From NCBI RefSeq assembly GCF_009914755.1, contig NC_060931.1: a stretch of 64,000 nt of DNA; one strand, written 5' to 3'. Made by a program: the position numbers and the translations under genes. Positions 32,710-46,231 of the stretch are shown here, piece after piece. The notes below the pieces were generated by a model. It was not told the DNA's origin. It ran no database searches and worked only from the letters and a program-made list of their open reading frames with translations. This DNA comes from the human T2T-CHM13v2.0 reference genome, Homo sapiens. Numbering within the stretch: the stretch's first letter is position 1; each line of letters begins with the position of its first letter.

Positions 32710-32920
32710 TTTAATTTAATATTGATCAAATGCTACGTGGTAGGCACTGTGCTAAGTAATGTATAGTCCATTAATTTGTTTAAATTTCATCCAAAAAGCT
32801 TTGTAATAGATGAGGAAATTAACAATAAGTTAGGGAACTTGCCCAACATACAAAGAGGACATAGAAGGTAAACAGTTTAACATCAGAGTCCCTTTTCTTA
32901 AACAGAATACTATCCTGCCA
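32710..32920 (-). mobile_element. MIR
   Basis: tattgatcaaatgctacgtggtaggcactgtgctaag...tagatgaggaaatt...aacttgccca. Confidence 0.7.
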
Positions 32921-33089
32921 GGGAAAATATGGATGTCATAAATTATGTTATCAAAATCTTGCCTTCCAATCACTTATTTATGTCAACAAAAATGTGACAA
33001 TAAGATATACCATGGTTAATTCACAGTGCGAAGTGTCTGCTTCTAGAAAGGTGAAATTTGCTTATAATACAGTTATTATTATACCACTG

Positions 33090-33620
33090 CAATATCGAGG
33101 TCAAGTTCTATGGCTACAAAATGACATAATCTTTACTCAAGAAGGTCACATTGCAGTAAAGAGGACATAATTATAAAGAGTATTACATCACTAGAGTTAG
33201 ATTTTTTTTTGTTGGTCAAATGACTCAATCCAAAAAGTAGGATACATAGTAAGAATGTGCTATAGAGACAAAGAGATAAATATCTGAAACCAAGGCCCCA
33301 GAAAATTAACAATCTATGTCAACCATAACTGTATTATCCATGTGAGTCAATTTCTATGGGAAATACAGTTCTGTTATCTATGGATAATACAGTTCTTCCT
33401 AGAGGAAGAAGCAATTAATTGATCTTGGAGGGGTCAGGGAGAGTTTCATAGAAGATATAACAACTTTACAAGGCTTGAGGGATGAGTGGGATTGCATTAG
33501 GCAGAGAAAAGAAGAAAGACATCCTAGAAAAGGGCGCAACATGTACAAACAGAGGAATGTGTGACAGTAAACAGTCACGTTGAGGAACAGTAAATGGTTT
33601 ATGTGGCTAGGAGGCAAGTT
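33090..33620 (-). mobile_element. L2 fragment(s)
   Basis: gtcagggagagtttcatagaag...ttgagggatgagtggga...aacatgtacaaacagagg. Confidence 0.6.
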
Positions 33621-33969
33621 TGATACCACATTATATTCTGTATTCCTAAAACACCCAGACACGCGAAATGCTGAAACAGTAACTTGGACTCTTTTGTGAA
33701 GATCCCAGGACTGGAAATTTCTACTGTGTCCTAGAAAGCAATGATAAGCCAACGATGCTGTTTCCTTCTCGAGCTATAACTTTCATAGAGGGAAGTGCAC
33801 ACATCTTAAATGGACAGCTTAGGCATTGTTACATATTAGTATACCCATGAAATTATCACCCAGATCCCTTGCTTGGAAGACCAAATGTCTTTTTTCCCCC
33901 CTCAGAAATTTATTACCATTTTTCAGAATTAATATTTTCTAAAACCCAATATAAAACATTATATATAAC

Positions 33970-34361
33970 CATTATGGACTGAACTGTGTCCTCTGAAAAA
34001 CTCATCTATTAAGCCCTAACTCCCAACATGATTGTATTTGGAGACAGGGTCATTAAGGAAATTATTTAGGTAAAATGAGGCCACAAGAATGGGGCCTTAA
34101 TGCGATGGGGGTGGTGCCCTTATAAGTAGAGGAAGAAACACAGGAGAGGTTCCTTTCTCCACTTTAGTTCATGGAAAGGCCATATGAGGACACGGTGGGA
34201 AGGTGGCCCTCCACAAGCCAAGGAGAGAGGCATCACCAGAAACCAACTCTACCAACATGTTGATCTTGGACTTCAAGCTTTCAAAACTACCAGAATATAA
34301 ATGTCGTCTAAGCCACCCGATCCATGGTGTCTCAATACGGCAGCCTGAGCAGACTAATCCA
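33970..34361 (+). mobile_element. MLT1A-like MaLR LTR
   Basis: tatggactgaactgtgtcc...gtatttggagacaggg...atcttggacttcaagc...gcagcctgagcagactaat. Confidence 0.88.
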
Positions 34362-37300
34362 ACAGTCTCGAAGAATTAAATTTAGAATTGGTCATCAAGA
34401 TTTTGTTCACCTCAAGGAAATAAAATGACTCAATCCTCCACGGATTTGTTTCCATCATTTTCCTTTCCTATTTTCAGATTATTTGCAACCTGGAGACTGC
34501 CCTGCAAAAGCACGTGGCAATTTCCCCTTCTGGATCCTCACAGGAGAAAAATAAATTCACATTAACAAATATTCAGATGCTTTATTTATTCTGAAAAAAA
34601 TAAAAAAGTGAAATTGCTAAATTGCTAAATTGAGTTTTTCACTGGTCAAAATTTACATAGCCCAATAGGTGTAGGCTCCTTACTCCTTTTGAGGCATTTT
34701 CTCTCTCTTGATTAACAGTGATGGATTTTTATTGCCCCACTTCTGAGAGGAGGATTTATATGTCTTTTAATCTGTGTAAGTTGGACTGAATCATAAATGG
34801 TTCACCCTCTAAATTACAGAGTAAGTTTGCCAATAGAGATGACCTTGTTTATTAAAATCTAATTAACTGAAGTTTTAGAATGTCCCTGAGTGGGTTGCTG
34901 AATTTCTGATTTTCTCCAAACCAATATAGATCAAATATCCAGCTGGCTGGAGTTAACCACAAAGCTCTGAACCTCACTGTGAAATTATCTAGTTAATTCC
35001 TCTTTCAGACATTTTTTCCAAAGGTACAAGCCCAAGAATCCTTTAATATGTTGGCCATCCTATTTCAGAAAAGCCATGTGCCCAATTATGAGTTGGAGAA
35101 AGAAGCCCAGGTGCTCCTTGTTCACTGCAACTGAAATGAGAGGACCCTGGAGTGTAACTTTCATTCCCCAGCAATGGTCAGTCAGAATGTCTCTGATCAT
35201 GTGCCACTTTTCATCTTCTGGACAAAGTTCTATGCTGCCTATACACATAAGGCAGTAATATTCATGACTTTTTACTGCCAACCTTGGAAAGCAATGTTGG
35301 CAAATTGATTACAGACATATGGGATAAAACATAATTAATTGATTCAGTTCCTAGTCTATATACAAAATTGCTTAATGCTAAAACTCCTCTAGTTTCTGCC
35401 CTATTGCTTCTTCCATTTCTCATTCCAACTTTAAGAGTTTAAGGTTTGTCTCTTCTCTCTCATCTCCCATTTAATTATCAGCTATTGAACTTTTTCTTCA
35501 TGACATTACTAGATCCCTTTGTGTCCCGTCCACCGATGATCTCCATATTGATATAGCTGATGTACATGCTTTAATTTTTTGATAACGGACATTTTTGCAA
35601 TATTTAACATAATATACCACCTCACTCCCACCCCACCCTCCAGAAGCTCTCTGTTCCCTTGGCTTATAGTACATATAATTCTTTTGGTTCCTTCAGAATT
35701 TTAGATCCTGTATTTTCAACTTCTTTGGTTCATTCTTCTTCTTTCATGCTGACACTGACAGTGCTCTCAAGGCTCTTTCCATGGCTGCATTCTGACTTGC
35801 ATTTAGTCCCAGTCACTGAGAGATATTTTGAAGTTCTGTTTTTATTTGGGCCACCTCACCCTGAAGAGTAAGTACTTTTCATTGTTGTAGCTGAGGTGGT
35901 GTGCCTTTTTCAAACGTCTACGTCCCACAGCATCTTCGAGATATTGATAACATAAAAACAAATATCGATCATCCTAAGGGCCTTACAGACTTCAGAGATG
36001 GGTAAAAGAAACCACTTCCACCTTCAAATCAGTCTTTTGTATCCACTAGGGGAGCAAAATGACCTGCTGAGTTGAAGTGGGAATAACAAAGTATCTCAAA
36101 GATGATGTGATGTTTGTAGAGAAAAGTTTGTGGCAGTAATCGATACAGGAATCACTTATATGGATCTGTGTTACTTGGAGGGGGCTTTAGAAATGGCATC
36201 AAGAAGAAAAAAAGCAATGCTTCTTGGTTTAAAAAATAATGCTTTTATCATTGAAAAATAGTACCTTTTAAGATGGCCAAATCCCCAAAATAAAAATTCA
36301 AAGCATATTGTACTTCCTTCTGAGGCCAAATGCATCAGAACTAATGCTCTTTTGAGAAAACCATGCTATTTAAGCAAAAATTTAGGGAGTGGAGAGTCCG
36401 ATTATTGTTTTTCATGAGTGTTGAAGTCTATGGAAACAATGAAGGAATGTACAGAAAGTAAATTAGATAAAGATTTGATTTATAAAAATTGTCCAGGTTT
36501 AGAAATTTTTATATATCCAAACAGAAGTCATGAATTAGGTTTCCCCAGGCTGTGAACTAGACTAAGGTGGCATGTACCCTCACATTCCAAAGCTGAGTGC
36601 CCTCTCTGTCCGTGTCACCCAGTTACCCTCCTTGGGTGACATAAGAGAAGCCCAACAATTCCTGGGGGTGTCTCAGAGTCCAGCAGGAAAGATTTATTTG
36701 CAGAGTTGAGATGTCAGCATATTCCGTCTGCCCACAACCATCATCACCATCATGGGAGTGGACTATCGCTGTTTAGTTTCAAGGGAAAGAAACATGGATG
36801 TGTGGAATGAAGCCAGCCATGAGCAACCTTTAAAGGCACCCACCCAGGGGCCATCAAGGCAAGAGTGAGGAGGAGTGTGAACTGTGCAGAAACAGAGGGG
36901 AGTTGTCAGTGGCTGGGTGCACATGGCATTCCAGTTTCTGCACTTATTTATTGGTTATAAATAACGCTTCAGAAACACCGAGAAGTCCTAGACTATTCAC
37001 TCTAATTTTAAAAGAATACTGGGCCATTATAAGGGAAGATTTTCCCCTTGACTACTTTTGAGATGCCAGGAGTTGGCCATTAATTGCTAGATATGAAAAC
37101 ACATGGAAATGGCAAAGAGGCTACACATCAAGCATTCCCTCTACTAATCATGCAAATGAGTCATGATGTACAAAATGTAAGGAACTCCTGTTTAGGGAAA
37201 ATATGAATGTAGATGCACAAAGTAAAATGTATGTAGTCCAAATTAGTCTTCTAGCCAGTAAGGCAATTTTCCTATATGATAAAAAGAATGGATTTTTATA

Positions 37301-37415
37301 TCATTTAAAGGAAATACATTGAAATTATTTTAGAATTTAAAAAATGTAAACATGCATCTTTCCTTCTTAAACTCTAGAGTATCGGAGATTTGATCTGTTT
37401 TTTTCTAGCTCAGCT

Positions 37416-37720
37416 ATTAACTGGTTGAATACCTTAGTCTAGGCATTGTTTTATTCCTAGTCTATTACCTCTGAAAAATGAGGGTAGTAATTAGATTATC
37501 TCCCAAAATATTACTGTTCTAATTGCATGTGGGGAAATTGCGTAGAACTACAAAGTCTTGTCATACAACCTACATTAACTGGTTGAGTACCTTAGTCTAG
37601 ACACTGTTTTATTCCTAGTCTATTACCTCTGAAAAATGAGGGTAATAATTAGATTATCTCCCAGAAATTTACTGTTCTAATTGCATGTGGGGAGACTGTG
37701 TAGGACTACAAAGTCTTGTC
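37416..37720 (+). repeat. Tandem duplication of a 147-bp unit that contains part of a MIR
   Basis: 37416-37562 and 37574-37720 are roughly 92% identical, separated by the spacer atacaacctac. Confidence 0.95.
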
Positions 37721-38821
37721 CTCAAAGGGCTCACACTGCATATCTACGTGAAGAAATATTGGCCCAGATAAACTAACCAACTTACTTTTACATAGAGACA
37801 GAGCCAAGGTAGGGTTTGCCTTTGCAAATCTAAGTCTTGTACCCCTTTCACCACGTTAATGAGATATGGATCTTCTAATTAAATATTAATTTCTAAAGAA
37901 ATAATAAGCCCCAATTACAGAAAAAAAAAGATACTAAAAATATTTCAAGAGCATTCAAGGAGCTTCAATACAAGAAAGGCTTGTTGTTGGGTTTTTTTCA
38001 TCTCTCTCCATTGATAGTTAAGTACATACGGGTAGCTATTTTAGAGCTGCGCCTAGTTAACGTCTATGTTTATTCATGTATTTATTCAATCATGAAACAC
38101 GTGGAGCCGGCCACTTTTATTTGAATCCACTTTAAATAAACACTTTTGTGTTGATTGTACAAAGTTCCATGAAACAATATATCTGCCCTCAGGGAACTTG
38201 CTTTCCAGAAAGGCAAATCAAAGAAAAACGTTTTGCAAAGAATCCCGAAATGGTTACAAGGGCTTTCTAAGAGAAGTCTAAATTGAACAGATAATTGTCT
38301 CACATTTTGTAAAAGGCCTAGACTATTCTCACTGAAAAGCAGTAATTGAATCTGTAATTACTTTCATTTCACTGGGGACATAGGCATGGATTCTAAAGAT
38401 CTCATTGTCATGGTTGTTTTCTTAATCACTCTCATTGCTTCCTAGCAACACTAGCTTCCTTCCTTCCATGCAGGAAAGCTCAACAGTCAATGGTGGGCAA
38501 GGACACTATGAGAAACATTTAATGGCACCCACCCAAGGCCCATCAAGGCAAGAGTGAGGAGGGGTGTGAACAGAGGGACCTGCCGCTTATTTGCCTTTCT
38601 GATGATCCAGCCCCTGTTTGTTTTATGAACAAAGGCTTTAACTTCTGACATAGAAGCGATTTTTGAAAATGAACGTAAAGGAACTGGCAAACTCAGCCCA
38701 TGGGTTTCCCTTTTAAGAACATGAAATCACCTCCTCATAATCATTTCAGTGATGCCAGGAACGTTCCTCTCTCTCTCCCATTCACCCTCCACCATTCACA
38801 GAGATTTGATTTCTAGAATTT

Positions 38822-39553
<732 letters not shown>

Positions 39554-39927
39554 GTCTCATTAAGGCATTGCTTCTACTTAACTGGTTTGTTAAGTGGGAG
39601 GTTTAAGGTTTGTCACCTTTTTCTCTGAGAGCAGGTTTTAGTAGAGACTTGGACAGAGGGCATGTAGCAGAGAGGATACAGAAAGATGGAGCTGAGAACA
39701 AAATAAATACAATAAACTAAAAATTCGCCATACTTTTAAAAATATTTAACAAAAACTAACTTTGGCTTGAGTTATAGGTTTCCTCTCCTGTTTTATGTGC
39801 ATTAGATACACACTTTTAACAATTAGATAGTTTTTGGTATTAACCATGAAGTAGCATCTTATTTCTGGGTAAAGTCTGTCTATTTTTTTAAGTTGTTTTA
39901 AACTTTTAAAACATTTTTTAGTTATGA

Positions 39928-40228
<301 letters not shown>

Positions 40229-40461
40229 TGTGAATTTTTATTTAAGAGATAGAAAGAATAAGAACAACCCAAAGATTCTTTAATAGAAATAACTAGACAT
40301 TAATCAAAAATCTTTAGTGTAAGCCATTAGTAAAATAACTTTCCAGGAAAATTCTTATAGGTTTTTACCTTTTGACCTACTTTTTCTAAACACTTGCTAT
40401 GGAAAAAGTACAGTGTATTTGAGGATGATTGTTAGGAGGCAGAAAAGGTGGAGAAAAGAGA

Positions 40462-40588
40462 GGCTGGGCTCAGTGGCTCATGCCTATAATCCCAGCACTT
40501 TGGGAGGTCAAGGTGCGCAGATCACTTAAGTCAGGAGTTCAAGATCAACCTGGCCAACATGGTGAAACCCCATTTAAAAACAAAAAAA
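40462..40588 (+). mobile_element. Alu left monomer only, with TSD
   Basis: Left arm ending in an A-rich tract; TSD aaaaggtggagaaaagaga / aaaagatggagaaaagaga. Confidence 0.88.
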
Positions 40589-41284
40589 GATGGAGAAAAG
40601 AGATACAAAGATTTAGAGGTAAAGTGAACTTAATTGTCTGAACAAGAAATCAAACAAAAGACTCCAAAAAGTTTAGAAGCCATCCTTGAGATGCAGATTT
40701 AATGCTAAAAATGTTGGCATTTTCAGAATATTACAATGATGAATGTTGACAGTCAAACAGAATTTTATTGTTAAGCTTGTCCTGGAAAAACCAAGAATGT
40801 TTGATTGTCTGTGATTGAGACACAGTCCCTAAATCTAGTTTGGAAAAGTGACAGATGTTTCAGGTTGGGATACAAAAGACAAATTCTAAATAAGGAATGA
40901 AGGAGAGAAGGAAACATGGAGGAAATTGGTGGGACATTCTGTGCCATTTAAATATCTTGACTCTTGTTAATGAATGTCTATATAGAGGTCAAAGGTGAGG
41001 AAAACAGACAAATCATGGGTATCTAAGAAAGGTGTGTTTTCTATCCAGGAAGAAAGGTCAATGGAATACATAAATATAGTGATATAAACTTTAAAGGTAG
41101 GAAAAGCCCTTAAAAACAGAGTCAGTAAAGATTTTGTAGTCCCTGGTTCATAGTCACAAAGTAGAAGACACCAAAGCCAGGAAATACACCACTTTGTAGT
41201 TCATTACCCTGCTACTTCTAGTGAGATGTGTGCAAAACACTTGTCAGACCTTATTGCCAATTGGCATTTGAGACTATCTACAGT

Positions 41285-42190
41285 TCTTTTTTTTAATAAC
41301 CTCATTGAAGTATAATTTAAATACCATAATATTCATCGATTTTAACTGTACATTAACTGTACAAGTGTACAGGTTTTTTTAGTAAATTTTTAGAAAATTC
41401 ATTGAGTTGTGCAACAAATCAACACAATCCCAACTTAGGACATCAACATTATCCCTATACGATTCCCGGTTACCATGAATTTCTGTTTCTACTCCCAGCC
41501 CGACAACCACTAATCTCCTTTCTGTCCTGGTAGATTTCCTTTTTCATATCAGTAAAATTAGAATATGTGATTTTTTTGTGTGTCTGGCTTCTTTCACTTA
41601 GCATAAGGTTTTTGAGGTTTGTTCATGTTGCAACATGTATTCAGATTTCATTCCTCTTTATTGTCTAATAATATTTCATTGTATGTATTACCATACTTTT
41701 ATCCATTCACTAGTTGATGGGCACTTGCGTGATTTCCACTTTGGGCCTCTTATGACTAAATCTGCTATAAACATCTACCTAAAAGGCTTTGTGTGAACAT
41801 ATGCTTTCATGTCTCTTGTATAGATATCCAGAAGTAGAATTCTTGAGTCATATGGTGTGTCTATGTTTAACTTTTTAAGAAACTGCCAAACTGTTTTCAA
41901 AAATGACTGGGCACAGTGTCACTTTAGTGTAATCCAAGCTACTTGGGAGCTGAGACAGGAGAATCATGACTTTACAGCCCACCCCCCGAGCAATGTGTGA
42001 TGATTCCAGTTTCTCCAAATCCTTGTCAACACATGTTATTGCCTCTCCTTTTGATTATAGCTATCTTGGTAGTGTGAAGTAGCATCTCAATGTAGTTTTA
42101 GTTACATTTGCCTAAGGAATGATAGTATTAGGCTTCTTCTCATGTGTTTATGTTGTATTTGTACTTATATCTATGAGATATCTTCTGTAG
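41285..42190 (-). mobile_element. L1MB-like 3' end
   Basis: Antisense L1 3' UTR and ORF2 end (gtctggcttctttcacttagcataag, tttatccattcactagttgatgggcac, aagaaactgccaaactgtttt). Confidence 0.88.
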
Positions 42191-42928
42191 CTATAACTTT
42201 GACTTCCTGAATTCTGTCCAGAAATTTCTAGTTTGGGTGATGCTGTGATGGAAATGCATGAAAGTATGCAGAGTAAACATTTTTTAAGGGTTACTAAATA
42301 ATCCTGAAACTTCACAAAAGAGAAGTCCATCTACTCTGCTAGAATTACTGTATAGGAAAACTCAGTGTAATCATTTTCATAATATTTGGTAGAAGAGCAG
42401 GCTTATTGTAAAAACTGGGGATGTTTATTTTTCTTTAGGGCTTCATTTTTCTACTTTTTCATTAAGCTAAGGATAAGATTAAACTGCCTGGAGGCTTCTT
42501 TGCTTTCTCAGCACAATAAAAAAGTCAAGGAAAGACAGCAAAGCAAGACAGAATTCTTCAGAAAAACAATACTGAAGGGAAATAACAGTAACACCAGGTT
42601 AGAGAAACAAAATCCATAGAATCAAGCTTTACTTGAGTAACAATGCTGATGGAAATAGCATGTAAGAGTCTTAGTTCAGGGCCTATTGGAAATGGATGAT
42701 AGAATTTTTCCAATGTACAAGCCCACTAACAGATATAATTAGCTTATTATGCTAACATGATAAATAGTTACTGAATATCTCCCTAAATTAGATTGACCTC
42801 AATCTGTAAGGATCGTAACTTTCAACAAAGGCTCGTTTTGCTTGCAAAAAGATTCACACAAGATGCTCAGATGGACAACATAAAGGTATTTCAGAGGACC
42901 CCTCTCCAGAAACCAAATTGGTTGTGGA

Positions 42929-43200
42929 GGCTAGGCACAGTGGTTCACACCGTGAAGCCAGGAGTTTGGGACCACTCTGGGCACAAAAGCAAAAGCAAGA
43001 CCTGTCTCTACAAAAAAAACATTTAAAACAGTGGGCGTGGTGGCATGCACCTGTACTCCCAACTACTCAGGAGGCTGAGGCAGGAGGATCACTTGAATCC
43101 AGGTTGAGCCTACAGTGAGCTATGATTGCACCACTGCACTCTGGCCTGGGCAACAGAGCAAGACCCTGTCTCTAAAATTAAAAAAAAAAAAAAAAAAAAA
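42929..43200 (+). mobile_element. AluJ with a left-arm deletion
   Basis: Partial left arm, right arm and A tail; loose TSD ggttgtg. Confidence 0.88.
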
Positions 43201-43809
43201 GTAGGTTGTGCTGTAGGATCACAAAAACTTTGTGCTGGTTAAACCACTTTACTGCCTTTCATGAATTAGTTTCCACAACTAATGTAGAGTCCGCTTCTTT
43301 GAGAGTTTCACATGCCATTGCTTGTGGCTTTCCATTCTCTGGATCCCTGTTTAGATCTTTGGTCAAAAGTGACCAAGGAGGCATCTTTATACTATTTTCT
43401 CCTTTTATTATTTTCTCAGCTGACAATTCTTTCCCTCTTTTGTTGATTGGGTAAGGAATATCTGAGTGTTATTACTACTAGCTATACGGCAACCTTTTAT
43501 AAACTTCAATATAGCATTACAAACATTGGTTGATTTGGGCATGAGGTAGTTCTAGAATTCTTTTTTGCTTAGTATGGTATATTGATAGATTAGGGGTAAA
43601 TGTGAATAAAACATTGCAGATATCTTTGAATTTATGACTTACAAGTAACCTCAATATTTCAGCCTAGCTAAAGACATCTTTAAAAGGTAATTTTCACCTC
43701 ATCTATAAATGAGAGTTAAAAGGAAAATTCTTTTAATTTACATAGTGGTGTTTTGGCTTATATTCTGTTTTGGTTTTTCCCCTTTTTAAGACGAAAAGTC
43801 CAAGGAGGG

Positions 43810-43925
43810 GATCCAGATAGTGTGAATCTGAATCCAGACTGCCACTGGTAAACTTTGTCTAGCTAAATTCTCTGATTCTCATTCTTCTCATCAGTAAAAT
43901 GAGAATAATGTACATTATCTCACTT
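43810..43925 (+). mobile_element. MIR fragment
   Basis: tgaatccagactgccact...ttctcatcagtaaaatgagaataatgtac. Confidence 0.6.
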
Positions 43926-44271
43926 AATGATTATTATTCTCACTTAATGAATCATGATATTAAATTTTCAGTATCATTGACCAATAATGCAAACATTTTC
44001 ATAAAACGTGGCTTATAAATTTCTATCATCCCTGATGTTAATCAGTTTTTCTTGCAAAATAATTAAGTAATGCCTGCTTTTAGTATTAAAAATTTTTTTA
44101 AGTTCAAAACCTACTAAAAGTCTACATTTATAAAATTATTACAAACACTTAAAAATTATATTTCCAAATTATGAGAGTGTGTAGATATGTGAATTCCTAT
44201 AAGGTTATACACATATCAATTTGGGCAATACAATTACATAATAATTGGAATATTTCCAAACACTTGTTTTA

Positions 44272-44778
<507 letters not shown>

Positions 44779-44956
44779 TTATCCACTAAAATTAAACATG
44801 TGTACTTTATGACCCAGCATTTCTACTTTTAGGTAAATGCTTGACATAAATGAAGGCTAATAAGTAACACATCTATAAGAACATTCATAGCAGCTTTATT
44901 CATAATAGCCAAACACTGGAAACATCCAAATGACAATAGAATATTCATTCTTATTG

Positions 44957-45182
44957 TTGTATTATATTTTATTTATATAATACAATCTTTTGTATTATAT
45001 AATACAAATACATGCAACATGTATTATACAATTTTTTGTATTACATATAATACAATTTTTTGTATTACGTATAATACAATTTTTTGTATTATGTATAATA
45101 CAATTTTTTGTATTACGTATAATACAATTTTTTTGTATTATGTATAATATTTTTTGTATTATATATACTATTTTTTGTATCA
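44957..45182. repeat. AT-rich minisatellite, 24-bp period, palindromic unit
   Basis: Unit ttgtattaYRtataatacaatttt, about 8 degenerate copies. Confidence 0.92.
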
Positions 45183-45927
45183 TCTAAATAAATATTTAAA
45201 GTTGGGTAGAAGGAGCTAGGCACAAAGGAATGCATAGTGATTCCATGCACATAAAGGTCAAGAACAGGCAAAGCTCATCTATGATGACAGTAGACAAATT
45301 TATGGTTACTTCTGATGGAGTGTACTGATTGGGAAGGGCATGGGGGGTGCTTCTAGGGTGCTGGAGCTGTTCTAAATCATTATGTGGGTCATGGTTGTAC
45401 AGGGGTGTGTGTGTGTGTGTAAAATTCATTGAACTGTACCTTTCAGATTTTCATGATCATTATTCATTTCATTACAGAATGTCATAGAGATTCCACCATT
45501 TAAAGACCTTGTTTTTATAAAATTACCCATACTATCTTATAGATGCTGGAAGGGTTAAACAATGAGAGTAGCCACAAGTAGCAGAGCACCTTCTCTTCCT
45601 ACAGGATAGATCTCACTTGTACCAAAGCTGACATATGACTGCCTGCTATGTAATGCACAGTAAATTTAAAAATTTATTATTAATTAAATTTATTTCTCAC
45701 TGTTACAATAAATAAATTGAAGTGTAGATGGTTTCTGTCCTCTTGCATGTTTCTTTGCATTTATTCTCAGTACATATTTTTGCCCCCTCTTTGGTCCCTT
45801 CCCAAACCCCTTGCTCAACTTTGGAAACTTGATTGAGTTACACAACAGTTGCCTACCATGATAGTCAGTGGGATATTTGCTCAATAAATTTCTAAAGCAA
45901 AAATGGACAATTATGCCCCATTATGAG

Positions 45928-46231
45928 TTAGAATTGGCAAACTCTATAAAGGACCACATAATATACATTTTAGACTTTGGGGGGGTCTTATGTCTCTGCC
46001 ATAGCTTCTTACCTCTGTAGTTGCATCATACATAGACAATACATTTTTTTAAATGGCTGTATTTCAATAAAACTTTTTTATGAACACTGAATTTTATAGC
46101 ATCACAAAATATTTTTTCATCTTTTTTAAAACCATTTAAATTGTGAAAATTATTCTTAGCTAGCTTTTGAGCCATACAAAAAGAAGTGATGGGCAGAATT
46201 TGGGTCTCAGGACTTAGTTTGCAGAGCTCTG
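45928..46231. mobile_element. MER58 (B-like) hAT-Charlie MITE
   Basis: ttggcaaactctataaagg...ggctgtatttcaataaaacttt...gggcagaatttgg...tagtttgcagagctctg. Confidence 0.75.

Noticed and set aside
36043-36056. CTCF-like ccactaggggagca
   Set aside because: One G short of the core, which misaligns the key GGC positions.
37150-37163. Overlapping octamer and AP-1 motifs (atgcaaatgagtca), and other scattered octamer/forkhead sites
   Set aside because: Several such short motifs are expected by chance in 64 kb of AT-rich DNA.
44990-45187. Repetitive ORFs (IIQFFVLR)n and a CRISPR-like periodic palindrome
   Set aside because: Translation of a minisatellite. There are no unique spacers or cas genes, and the context is eukaryotic.
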